NCBI GenBank assembly: GCA_039630575.1 | Contig: JBCNUW010000024.1 | Location: forward strand, 1-25,192 | DNA length: 25,192 nucleotides | Source of the DNA: Candidatus Hydrothermales bacterium | GTDB lineage: Bacteria > Hydrothermota > Hydrothermia > Hydrothermales > JAJRUZ01 | Reading direction: 5' to 3' | Shown here: one piece after another, positions 1 through 8,838 of the stretch | Position numbering within the stretch: the stretch's first letter is position 1 | Layout: each line of letters opens with the position of its first letter | Position numbers and translations under genes: made by a program | The notes under the pieces: model-generated | What the model saw: only the letters and a program-made list of their open reading frames with translations | Told to the model about the DNA's origin: nothing | The model's database searches: none

Positions 1-287
1 CAGTACGGTCCCTATCTGCTGTGGGCGTAGGAATCTTGAGGGGGTTCGACCCTAGTACGAGAGGACCGGGGTGGGGAGGCCTCTGGTCTACCAGCTGTCC
101 TGCCCAGGGCATCGCTGGGTAGCCATGCCTCTAAGCGATAACCGCTGAAGGCATCTAAGCGGGAAGCGCGCCCCAAGATTAGGTGCCCCTGAAGGTCCCC
201 GGAAGACTACCGGGTTAATAGGCCGCAGGTGTAAGTCCCGCAAGGGATTGAGCCGAGCGGTCCTAATAGACCGTCCGCCTTCACAAT
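1..287 (+). rRNA. rrl: 23S rRNA, 3' end (partial; position 1 corresponds to about E. coli 2601)
   Basis: Sarcin-ricin loop AGTACGAGAGGA at 54-65, collinear with E. coli 2654-2665. Conserved GCTGAAGGCATCTAAG, GAAGACTAC, GTGTAAG and CTAAT blocks are present. About 61% GC against an AT-rich background. The 3' end is estimated by analogy to E. coli. Confidence 0.97.
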
Positions 288-320
288 CCCTATCCTCCCT
301 TTATTACCAATTCTTATTTC

Positions 321-659
321 TCACTTTATCTTAAAACTATATCCAAGCGCCCTTTTTGTTATCTCCCTTAAATGATCCTCAGGCTCTACTCTACCTTCCT
401 CCTTCAAATTCAAGCCTATTATCAATGGAAAAGATAATTCCTCATACCTCCTCCTCTTCTTCTCATCTATTTTCTGATATATCGTCTCCTCAACAAGGAT
501 TACTCCATACTCACCACACCCTATTAATCCATCTAATAACTTTGAAAGCTCCTTCTCATCTTTCACCCTTCTTGTAACACAACCAGCTAACTTAAATCCT
601 GCATCATATCCCTCCTCTGTTATTGCTAATATTTTTATCTCCCTTTCCTTTTCTCTCAT
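321..659 (-). CDS. atpF: V/A-type ATP synthase subunit F
   Basis: 112 aa with GFKLAG, YGVILVEE, PLII and C-terminal KRALG motifs. Lies downstream of subunit C in the operon. Confidence 0.92.
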   Translation of the reverse strand: MREKEREIKILAITEEGYDAGFKLAGCVTRRVKDEKELSKLLDGLIGCGEYGVILVEETIYQKIDEKKRRRYEELSFPLIIGLNLKEEGRVEPEDHLREITKRALGYSFKIK

Positions 660-1678
660 AAAATTAAAATCTCTCTCCTTATTTCATGCCCAGGTAATCC
701 ATGATACTTACCAAAAGAAATTATTCTAAGATTCACAACCTCGTTATACTTTGCAATCACATATGCCAACGGAATTGCTACTGATAAGGGATCCCTTAAA
801 AATCCCTTTATCGCCCAATAAATCAAAACTTCCTCAAATCTTTTCTCAAACCCTACAATGTCTCCTTCTAACACATACTTCGCTAATTCGTTGTATCTTG
901 TCCCTGAAAGTACCTCAGCAACCTCTTTAAAACTTTGAGACTTCAAAAGCCTTTTTCTTTGTGAATCTGTTAGAAAACCTATAGGTAAAAGCTCTATTTT
1001 CCCTAAAGGAATAGCACCATGTTTTAAATACAAAAGGACTCCCACTATATTTTTTAAATCACCCCAAGAATTCAATATGTAAAGTATTAATTCTCTGTTC
1101 CCATTTACCCTTTTCAGTTTATCTAATGCCCATTCATAATAAGACTTTTCTAAATAATTCTCTACAAATTCAATATCACCTTCCCTAACTCTTTTAATCA
1201 ATATACTTGTTATTTTAAAAGGTAAAGTAATTCTAAAAGATAAAAGTAAACTCAAAACTCCTGATGCATCCTCTTTTGAAACCAAAGCCTTTAACTTTAC
1301 TTCATCAAGCTCAAGAATTGGAAATAAAGCTCTTTCTATTTCTTGTTCAGAAAAATTTCTCATCTTTCCTCTTATTATAGCTCTAACATTCGCAATAAGA
1401 AACTTTGAAAAAAGTATGTATAATAACTCCCATGGCCTTCCAGAAGAGAAACTCATTAAACTGTTTACACTATCTGCAAAATTTTTATTTATCCCTCTTA
1501 AAACTTTTTCCAAATCAATTTCTCCTCTTTCAATATTCCTCGCATAATCTGTTCTACCTAATAGCTCTACTAATTTTTCAAAACTTTCAGCCTGTAAAAA
1601 CTCTTCTATCTCTGCTCTTTTTAAAAGTTTTTCCTTCCTGGCTTTTATCCTCGCATTTATATAACCAAAATCATCCAT
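656..1678 (-). CDS. atpC: V/A-type ATP synthase subunit C (d)
   Basis: 340 aa with N-terminal FGYINARIKA and C-terminal EVVNLRII..GK motifs. Operon position fits. Confidence 0.93.
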   Translation of the reverse strand: MDDFGYINARIKARKEKLLKRAEIEEFLQAESFEKLVELLGRTDYARNIERGEIDLEKVLRGINKNFADSVNSLMSFSSGRPWELLYILFSKFLIANVRAIIRGKMRNFSEQEIERALFPILELDEVKLKALVSKEDASGVLSLLLSFRITLPFKITSILIKRVREGDIEFVENYLEKSYYEWALDKLKRVNGNRELILYILNSWGDLKNIVGVLLYLKHGAIPLGKIELLPIGFLTDSQRKRLLKSQSFKEVAEVLSGTRYNELAKYVLEGDIVGFEKRFEEVLIYWAIKGFLRDPLSVAIPLAYVIAKYNEVVNLRIISFGKYHGLPGHEIRREILIL

Positions 1679-2255
1679 AATGAAATTTAAAAATCTCTTT
1701 AAATAATATCTGCATTAAATAAGGTTCAGCCTTCTTTAACCTCGATTCAAGCGTATTTAAAACCCTAATTTTACCATCCATTCTTTCTAATATCACTCCA
1801 AAAAATATACCCTCATCAACCTTCACTTCAAAATTAAGTTTCTTTTCTTTAATTATCTCTCTAATAAATTCATAATCGTAGGGAGAACAAAACACTCTTC
1901 CTTCCTCTTCCCCAAAATTTACGAGAGACTCAAAGAAAATATTTTCAATCTCTTTTTTATAATTTCCTTCCTTCCTCTTTTTGACTATTTCTTCCCTAAA
2001 AAATTCTATGAGTCTTTCATAAATTTTATCCCTCGAATTTAAAAACTCATTGAGAACTTTCATTCTTACTTCGGCTATTCTTTTTACCCTCTCAATTCTT
2101 AAAAATTCTTGAGTCTCTCTTATAATACTTTCACTAATTTTTAACTTTTCCTTCTCAAAATTATCTCTTATTTTTTTTATCTCTTGATTTTTCTCCTTCT
2201 CTATTTCCTCAATTACTTTTTTAATTTTCTCCTTAACAAATTCTTTAACTGTCAT
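1671..2255 (-). CDS. atpE: V/A-type ATP synthase subunit E
   Basis: Coiled-coil N-terminus followed by GVIL..DGKIRVLNTLESRL. Sits between subunits K and C. Confidence 0.9.
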   Translation of the reverse strand: MTVKEFVKEKIKKVIEEIEKEKNQEIKKIRDNFEKEKLKISESIIRETQEFLRIERVKRIAEVRMKVLNEFLNSRDKIYERLIEFFREEIVKKRKEGNYKKEIENIFFESLVNFGEEEGRVFCSPYDYEFIREIIKEKKLNFEVKVDEGIFFGVILERMDGKIRVLNTLESRLKKAEPYLMQILFKEIFKFHYG

Positions 2256-2581
2256 TAAATTTTACCCATAAGCATAAAAGCTATAACAAATCCAAGTATT
2301 ACGGTAGTTTCCGGGATTGCAAGCATCACAATTACCCAAATAGCTGTTTCAGGTCTTTCTGCAATAGTTCCAGCCCCTGCTGCCCCAATTCTTGATTGAG
2401 CCCAACCAGTTCCAAGACCTGGAATACCTACAGCCAGAGCAACTCCTATGTAGGCTAAAAGCTTTGAAAGTCCATTTTCTCCTTCTACTTTCGCTGTTTC
2501 AGCCACTTCAGCTGCAAAAAGCATGGATGAGTATAAAACTAAAAAAATTACTGTCCATAAAAGAAACTTTATTTTTTTCAT
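2255..2581 (-). CDS. atpK: V/A-type ATP synthase proteolipid subunit K (c), single hairpin with N-terminal leader
   Basis: GLGTGWAQSRIGAAGAGTIAERP and AIPETTVILG with the carrier Glu. Hydrophobic N-terminal extension ends in LFA-A. Confidence 0.95.
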   Translation of the reverse strand: MKKIKFLLWTVIFLVLYSSMLFAAEVAETAKVEGENGLSKLLAYIGVALAVGIPGLGTGWAQSRIGAAGAGTIAERPETAIWVIVMLAIPETTVILGFVIAFMLMGKI

Positions 2582-2590
2582 CTTTTTTAA

Positions 2591-4489
2591 TTATCTTATT
2601 TCAAGGATTTGAACCTCTTTAAATCTTTTAAATAAAGGTCTATATTCCCTTCCACCAGCAACATAAAATTTTGTAAAAAACTCAACAAATTGTAATCTTA
2701 ATCCTTGAATTGTGGGATCAAAGATTCCAAGTAAAAAAGCGAGCATATGAAACAAAAGCATCACAGTTATACCAACTAAAATTGAAGGCAACAAATTAAT
2801 GAATTTGTTTGCAATTACCGCTATTATTGCAGATGAAAGCCCTATTGCCATAAGTCTAGCAAAAGAAAGTATATGACCAAAAGCAGAAAATATCTCTATT
2901 GGTGCTGCTGGCCCATGAAATCTAAAAGATAGAACCATAAAAATTAATAACATCAATAGAAAAATCTGATTAAAAGATGAAGGTATAATACCTAAAGAAG
3001 AAAGAGCAATCATTAAAACACATATAAGACCCATTAACATGGAAAGAACTCCAATAGCATGCTCTTTGTGCCCCAAAACAAAAGCATTGATTATACCAAG
3101 TATTAAACCAAGTATAACCTGGGAAGTTCCAAAAATTATTGCTAATAAAAGATAAGTATTTGCTTCATGCACTCTATGAAAAATAGGCTTAAATCCAAAT
3201 CTTTCAAGAACATCTCCAAACATTTCCATATATAAGATTCCAAAAATAATAGAAAAAATTGACGCAACTACAAAAACATAAGAAACCCTCTTTATTAAAA
3301 AATTATTTTTTAACCTAAAATAAATAAAAGAAAAAAGAAGTAAACCTAAAAATCCATAACCTATGTCACCTAACATAAAACCATAATAAAGTGGAAAAAA
3401 AAGTCCAAGCAAAGGAGTAGGATCATAAGTTCTATAAACAGGTAAAGAAAAAAACTCTATAAATGGCTCAAAATTCTTAAAAAAAGATGAATTTTTAAGC
3501 AATACTGGCACCCTTTTATACTCCTCCTTTTTGGGAATTGACTCTCTAATATAACATTTATGTCTCTTTACTAACTCTCTTAACTTGTCAATCTCCTTCT
3601 CAGGTAAAAATCCTTCAAGATAAAAGAAATACTTAGTAAGATAAACCCCCTTTTCCTTTACACTTAACAAATCCCTTAAATCCTCAAGAATGTAAAAACT
3701 ATTATAAAGGAAACTTATATTCTTCTCAATAAAATCTTTTTTTCTTAATTCGTTTTCTTTTAATTTCTCGGGTATTTCCATAAGTTTTTTCTTTAAAAAT
3801 GAGAGCATTTCTTTAAAAGAAAGCTTTGCTATCTCATGAGGTAAAACCAATTCAGGAAAACCCTCTTTCCATAGTCTTTCCTTTAGTTCCTCTGAAATTG
3901 AAGGTGAATGAGCTATAAGAACAGCTATTTGATTTCCCTTTATTACTCTATGAAAAATTTTTACCTTTTCTCCATAATCTTTCCTAAGAGCCTCCCTTAC
4001 TCTCTCTAATAATATCAGATCCTCTCTTGATAACAGAACCCCTCTTAAATTAAATTCTTCATTTAATTCAATTTCTTTTTTATCTACTAACTCCTCAAAA
4101 GCCTCCAAAATCTTCTTAAACGAAAAATATAAACTTCTTTCTTCCAGTATTTTTCTTTCCTCTTCTTTTAATCTCTGATATTCCTGATAAATTGAATTTA
4201 ATCTTAATATGAGATCCTCTATACTTCCAAACTCAATTTTTTGTGTATCAACTTTTAAAACTAACTCTTCTTTTCTTATTTCATTTATTAAATATATCCC
4301 TCGTTCTATCTTTCTAAGAAGTTCTTTTTCTTTATCATTTAAAGCACTTCTTATCTTTTCACCTTCTTTTAACTCAAAATCACTATCCTCTACGTGTAAA
4401 ACCGAAAGCTCCTGTAATTCAACGAGGAATCTATCCAATTTCTCTATCTCACCAATAATTTCAACCTTTTTCATTTTTAAACTACCCAT
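2591..4489 (-). CDS. atpI: V/A-type ATP synthase subunit I (a)
   Basis: 632 aa with YDPT, GFMLGDIGYG, LSFARLMAIGL (essential Arg) and LRLQFVEFFTKFY motifs. Confidence 0.96.
   Translation of the reverse strand: MGSLKMKKVEIIGEIEKLDRFLVELQELSVLHVEDSDFELKEGEKIRSALNDKEKELLRKIERGIYLINEIRKEELVLKVDTQKIEFGSIEDLILRLNSIYQEYQRLKEEERKILEERSLYFSFKKILEAFEELVDKKEIELNEEFNLRGVLLSREDLILLERVREALRKDYGEKVKIFHRVIKGNQIAVLIAHSPSISEELKERLWKEGFPELVLPHEIAKLSFKEMLSFLKKKLMEIPEKLKENELRKKDFIEKNISFLYNSFYILEDLRDLLSVKEKGVYLTKYFFYLEGFLPEKEIDKLRELVKRHKCYIRESIPKKEEYKRVPVLLKNSSFFKNFEPFIEFFSLPVYRTYDPTPLLGLFFPLYYGFMLGDIGYGFLGLLLFSFIYFRLKNNFLIKRVSYVFVVASIFSIIFGILYMEMFGDVLERFGFKPIFHRVHEANTYLLLAIIFGTSQVILGLILGIINAFVLGHKEHAIGVLSMLMGLICVLMIALSSLGIIPSSFNQIFLLMLLIFMVLSFRFHGPAAPIEIFSAFGHILSFARLMAIGLSSAIIAVIANKFINLLPSILVGITVMLLFHMLAFLLGIFDPTIQGLRLQFVEFFTKFYVAGGREYRPLFKRFKEVQILEIR
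2605..2615 (-). promoter_or_regulatory. T-loop-like hairpin GGTTCAAATCC upstream of atpK (inside the atpI 3' end)
   Basis: Plus strand reads GGATTTGAACC, 23 nt before the atpK ATG. No SD in the spacer. One of five copies placed this way. Confidence 0.6.
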
Positions 4490-4831
4490 TTAAATTTCCC
4501 CCTTTAAAATTATTTTTTCTAATATCCTTAATGCCTCCTCCTTGTAATTGTCAAAATTTAAAATAAGGTCCTGAGCTTTATTTTTTCCCTCCTTAAAAAT
4601 TTTTTCACATTCCTCTTCTATCCTTAAAATTCCACTTTTTATCATTTCTTCTTTTCTCTTATTCATTTCTTCGATAAAATCACGAAGCTCTTTTTTTATC
4701 TTTAATTTTTCTCTTTCAATTAACTCTTTTTTTTCTCTCAATTTTTCTTCTACTAAGGGAAAGTTTTGTTCCTCCTCTTCAAGGAGACAAAAAAGATTTT
4801 CCCTTATTTTAATTTTTTCCTGACTATGCAT
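4490..4831 (-). CDS. Probable V/A-type ATP synthase peripheral stalk subunit G/H
   Basis: 113 aa, highly charged and helical, immediately upstream of subunit I as in Thermus-type operons. The assignment rests mainly on position. Confidence 0.7.
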   Translation of the reverse strand: MHSQEKIKIRENLFCLLEEEEQNFPLVEEKLREKKELIEREKLKIKKELRDFIEEMNKRKEEMIKSGILRIEEECEKIFKEGKNKAQDLILNFDNYKEEALRILEKIILKGEI

Positions 4832-4869
4832 AGAAAATATAAAATTAAATTATAAAGTGGAAATTAATT

Positions 4870-5433
4870 CTAAATCAAAAATAAAGTTACTTTTGTTCCT
4901 CTTTGATATTCTGATTCAACTTTTATTTCAGAACCCATAAATTTTAAAAGTCCTTTTACAATTGATAAGCCAATTCCAAGATGACCTTTAAAGAGGCGAA
5001 AATTTGTTAAAAAAAATGGCGTAAAGATTTTCTCTATCTCTGTTCTTGAAATTCCTATACCTGAGTCAATTATTTCTAAAATAACAAGATCTTTTTTATT
5101 TATTTTTATTTTTATTAATCCTGACCGTGAAATCGCAATTTTTGAATTGTTAACTATTTCCTTTATAACCCTATTTAAATAATTTTTATCAATTTCTAAA
5201 AACAAACTGTCCATCGGTGAAAAAAGGTCAATTTGAAATATGATCCCCTCTTCTTTTTCTCTCTCAACAAATTCTGTTACAAAATCATAAAGATTAATTT
5301 TTCTTTTATTTAATATAATTTTACCATCCATGATGTTTTGTAAAAGCAAAAGTCTTTCCATTTCACCTCTGAGAAAATCACTACTTTCTACACTTATTTT
5401 TCTTAAAAATTCATACATATGAAGTGGTATCAT
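4870..5433 (-). CDS. Histidine kinase-like HATPase_c protein lacking a recognisable H-box
   Basis: N box EIVNNSKIA, G1 DSGIGI, F box IFTPFF, G2 HLGIGLSIVK and terminal ESEYQRGTKVTL. Confidence 0.8.
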   Translation of the reverse strand: MIPLHMYEFLRKISVESSDFLRGEMERLLLLQNIMDGKIILNKRKINLYDFVTEFVEREKEEGIIFQIDLFSPMDSLFLEIDKNYLNRVIKEIVNNSKIAISRSGLIKIKINKKDLVILEIIDSGIGISRTEIEKIFTPFFLTNFRLFKGHLGIGLSIVKGLLKFMGSEIKVESEYQRGTKVTLFLI

Positions 5434-6804
5434 TTATAAGATAATTCTTATTTTATTTCCAATACCTCTTTCTACTTCAATCTGTACATAATATCCAAGA
5501 GTTTTGAATATAATTCCTACAACTGAAAGATCCTCACTTATATCCTGGGGATCTAAAATTAAATTTAAATCGTTATCTGTCATTCCTATACCAGAATCTT
5601 CAATTTGAATCTCTCCGTCTCTGAAATATATACTCATAAATCCCCTTATTCTATTGAACGAAATTAAATATCTAAAAAGATATAGAAAAGCAATTCTTAA
5701 AAGATCTTTATCTCCCTCGCAAATAAACTCTTCCTTTTCAATGTTAATTCTAATTTTTTTTCTCGTAATTTCAAATTCAAGAATACTTAAAGCTTCCCTT
5801 ATTATCTCCACGATATCTAACTTTTGAAGAGGAGTTGTAATATTTTCTATAAGTTCTTCCTTTTTTTTATATTTTAGCAAAGTAGCTTTTACATTTATCA
5901 CAGGTAGCATCCTCTTTGTAAAATTGTAAGAAAATTTAATATTTTTCTTTAAGAAGAAATACAGAGTAAGAGTTGATAAATATTCAAAAAAACTGCTCAT
6001 CTCAGTTTCAATTTCTTTATCTGTGTAAATACCTAAAACTCCTAATTCGTTTTCGATCAATTTAGAGTAAAACAAATGTAAGTCTTTGTTCTTATATCTT
6101 ACCTTATTTAATCCTTTTTTAATCTTATCTCTACATAAATCGTCATAAAAAAATTCATCAAGAAAGATTGATGAAAATAATGTGTAAACTGGTAAAACAT
6201 CGTCTTCAAAAAATAAAAATAAAAAATCAAATTTATCCTTAAGTATTCTTCTTAAAATATAAAATATTATTTCTAACAAATGTTCTTCCCTCTCACAGTT
6301 TATTATTTTAAAAAAGGCTAAATTGAAAAGTTCAGCGTACTTTTGATAAGTGTTTGACTTTTCCTCTGAATTCTTTAAAAGATCTTTATAGAAGAAAACT
6401 AAGGAAAAAAGGGGGTCTCTCTCTAAAATTTTTTTTTCACTTATCTCAAGACTATCAAAAAGTTTATCAATTTCTTCTTTTTTCAAACTCTTTTTAATCA
6501 ATTCTTTTATCTTAATTTTCAATTCATTTTCTCTTCTTCTGGAAAAATAAAAAAAAAGAAAATTCAATAAACTTTCATATTTTTTATCTAATTCTCCTTC
6601 AATAGAAATCTTTAAATCAATTTCATCATCTACTTTTCTAATACTAATGTTTTTAAAAGGAGATATCGTGATTTCGTAACCATTCGTTTTCACCTTTATT
6701 ATAACATTAACAGCTTCCCTCTCAAGAAAGTTCTTGATGCATTGGGCTGCTTCTATCTCATTTTTTAAATTAATACATTTAAGTATCGCCTCCTCAAATT
6801 TCAT
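5434..6804 (-). CDS. Degenerate sensor-kinase-like protein (C-terminal HATPase-like domain)
   Basis: The C-terminal part has GDKDLLRIAFLYL, IEDSGIGM and EVERGIGNKIRI. The N-box Asn residues and the G2 box are degenerate. The N-terminal part is unassigned (possibly GAF-like). Confidence 0.6.
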   Translation of the reverse strand: MKFEEAILKCINLKNEIEAAQCIKNFLEREAVNVIIKVKTNGYEITISPFKNISIRKVDDEIDLKISIEGELDKKYESLLNFLFFYFSRRRENELKIKIKELIKKSLKKEEIDKLFDSLEISEKKILERDPLFSLVFFYKDLLKNSEEKSNTYQKYAELFNLAFFKIINCEREEHLLEIIFYILRRILKDKFDFLFLFFEDDVLPVYTLFSSIFLDEFFYDDLCRDKIKKGLNKVRYKNKDLHLFYSKLIENELGVLGIYTDKEIETEMSSFFEYLSTLTLYFFLKKNIKFSYNFTKRMLPVINVKATLLKYKKKEELIENITTPLQKLDIVEIIREALSILEFEITRKKIRINIEKEEFICEGDKDLLRIAFLYLFRYLISFNRIRGFMSIYFRDGEIQIEDSGIGMTDNDLNLILDPQDISEDLSVVGIIFKTLGYYVQIEVERGIGNKIRIIL

Positions 6805-7633
6805 TTATATTTTTAAAAGTTGACTTATCTATATTAAGCTTTAATATATCTCTTGTTTTTTTCTTTATAAATATCTCATATGTTGAAGGATATCTAACAG
6901 GAATTGTAGAGGGGTCCCTTCCCTCAGAAACAAGTGTAATAATATCTAATAGTTCTTTTAAATAAACCTTTTCTATACTGTAACTCATCAAAGCACCCAT
7001 AAGAGCATGGCTTTTTTCAAAACCGAATACTGGAATATTAATTTTTAAAAGCTCCTCAATGAAGTATCTTGAGGAATTTTCATCTATTGTTAAATCACTT
7101 GGTACAAGTAAAAATAGGTCAATGTTATTTAACTCAGAAAGAGCCTTTTTAACAGCTCTTCCTTGAACAAAAACTATTTTTAAATCAATGTTAAAATTCC
7201 TTGCTGCTCTCCTTAATTCCTCAACATAGTTACTCTGGGAAAATTCATAAGGCAAAATTACGCCCACTTTTTTTACCCATTTCATTAAAGTTGAAATTAT
7301 TGTGAACAAAACAGAGGGTGGCAATTCATACCTTAAACCAGTTCCTGTTATAGGTATTTCATAAACTGGTTTTTTTACATAACCAACTATACAAGGTTTT
7401 TCCCATTTATTTTTTGTATATAACTCTAAAGCCTTGTCTCCGAGTAAAATAACTAAATTATAAATTTCAATTTTGTTCGTAAAATTCTCTGGTTTTGAGA
7501 GAATAACATTATCTTTAATCACTTCTTTTATTTTCTTTAAAACTTCTTCATTCCCTAACCCATCTATTATCAATGTTTCTGCTAAAACTTTACTACAAAG
7601 AGAAAATATGAAAATTATTTCTATCTTTCTCAT
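6794..7633 (-). CDS. ABC_sub_bind-family periplasmic substrate-binding protein
   Basis: Signal-like N-terminus with motifs VILLGDKAL, VKKVGVI, IPVFGF...GALMSY and GRDPSTIPV, typical of PF04392-like proteins. Confidence 0.75.
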   Translation of the reverse strand: MRKIEIIFIFSLCSKVLAETLIIDGLGNEEVLKKIKEVIKDNVILSKPENFTNKIEIYNLVILLGDKALELYTKNKWEKPCIVGYVKKPVYEIPITGTGLRYELPPSVLFTIISTLMKWVKKVGVILPYEFSQSNYVEELRRAARNFNIDLKIVFVQGRAVKKALSELNNIDLFLLVPSDLTIDENSSRYFIEELLKINIPVFGFEKSHALMGALMSYSIEKVYLKELLDIITLVSEGRDPSTIPVRYPSTYEIFIKKKTRDILKLNIDKSTFKNINEI

Positions 7634-7671
7634 AATTAAATTTTATAATAATATAATTAAAACTGCAAATT

Positions 7672-8838
7672 ATGGCTATTTTTACTTTAATTCTCCTTTC
7701 TCAGGCCGAAATCTCCCTTTATAATTATTATTCAAAAAGACTAGTTAATAAACAAATTTTAGATAAGTCCTTGAAATTCTCAATCTGTGTTTTTAAATCC
7801 CTAGATTTTAGCTTGGAAAAAATAACCCAATTTTTTGAAATTTTTTCAAATTCATATATATTTAAAGATTTTTATTCCTTTTCTTTTAATATGAACTCTT
7901 TCAAAACTAGATATGACAGTTTAATTTCAACTAAGCTTTTTTTTAGAAGAAACATAGATAAAATAAATTTTCTTAAAGATTTGAAATTTGCCTATCAGAA
8001 CAATTTTAAAGGCATTTACTCTTACATAAACATCAGTTCTCCAGCATTTTATAATAAGCATAAAGATTCTATTGGCAGATTTTCTTTTTATGACCAATCA
8101 ATTATTAGCTTTCTATATTTAAAGAGCTTAAGAACTGGCTTAGGACTTAAAATGCTTAATAAAAAATTTGAAAGAAATTTATCTCCCTTTATTTTCTTTA
8201 ACTCAGACATCATGGGTATAAATTACTTGATAAATCTTTATATTTTTGATAATAAACTTTTACCATCTTTTAAACTTTTTTACTTTAACGAACTTTTTTT
8301 CTTTATGACAGGTTTTTCAAAAAAAATTGAATTTTTTAACCCTTTAGAAGAGTATAGTTTTCTTTTGTTTAATTTTCCCTTTTTAATAGAAAAGGGGGAA
8401 AGAAATTTTGTTTCTCTTATTTTTTATGAATTCTTTTTAAATATTAAAAGAATTATAATAAAATTTGGTTACAAAAAATTTTTTGATAATCTCTTTGACG
8501 CCCTTATTTTTGAAAATGAAAAGTTTTTAGTAAAGAAAAGAAAAAATTTAGAAGTCACTTCTCTTGAATTTTACTTTTTTAATAAAACCTCTTTTAGGTA
8601 TGAAAACTATAATAAAGAACCGATTTTTCTTTATTTAATTTATAAGATAAACTATAAAAATTTTATTTTTGAACCTAAATTAATTTATATAAATAAAAAC
8701 AACCTTTTTGCTTTTAAATTCAAAACAGCCTATATTTTAAAAAAGAAATTCACCCTTTTTATTCAATATGATTATTTTAGGCCAGAGTCATCTATACTTA
8801 AAAGGGAGGTAAAATTTGGAATCCAAAAAAGATTTTAA
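7672..8838 (+). CDS. Hypothetical protein, possible outer-membrane beta-barrel
   Basis: 388-aa ORF with a short hydrophobic N-terminus, aromatic-rich alternating segments and C-terminal Phe (KFGIQKRF). No family recognised. Confidence 0.5.
   Translation: MAIFTLILLSQAEISLYNYYSKRLVNKQILDKSLKFSICVFKSLDFSLEKITQFFEIFSNSYIFKDFYSFSFNMNSFKTRYDSLISTKLFFRRNIDKINFLKDLKFAYQNNFKGIYSYINISSPAFYNKHKDSIGRFSFYDQSIISFLYLKSLRTGLGLKMLNKKFERNLSPFIFFNSDIMGINYLINLYIFDNKLLPSFKLFYFNELFFFMTGFSKKIEFFNPLEEYSFLLFNFPFLIEKGERNFVSLIFYEFFLNIKRIIIKFGYKKFFDNLFDALIFENEKFLVKKRKNLEVTSLEFYFFNKTSFRYENYNKEPIFLYLIYKINYKNFIFEPKLIYINKNNLFAFKFKTAYILKKKFTLFIQYDYFRPESSILKREVKFGIQKRF

Noticed and set aside
5431..5436. In-frame TAA-ATG junction between the kinase-like genes as readthrough or a nonsense mutation
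   Set aside because: The same junction joins ATPase G and I (4487-4492), and the upstream protein ends at a natural HATPase C-terminus, so ordinary coupling explains it.
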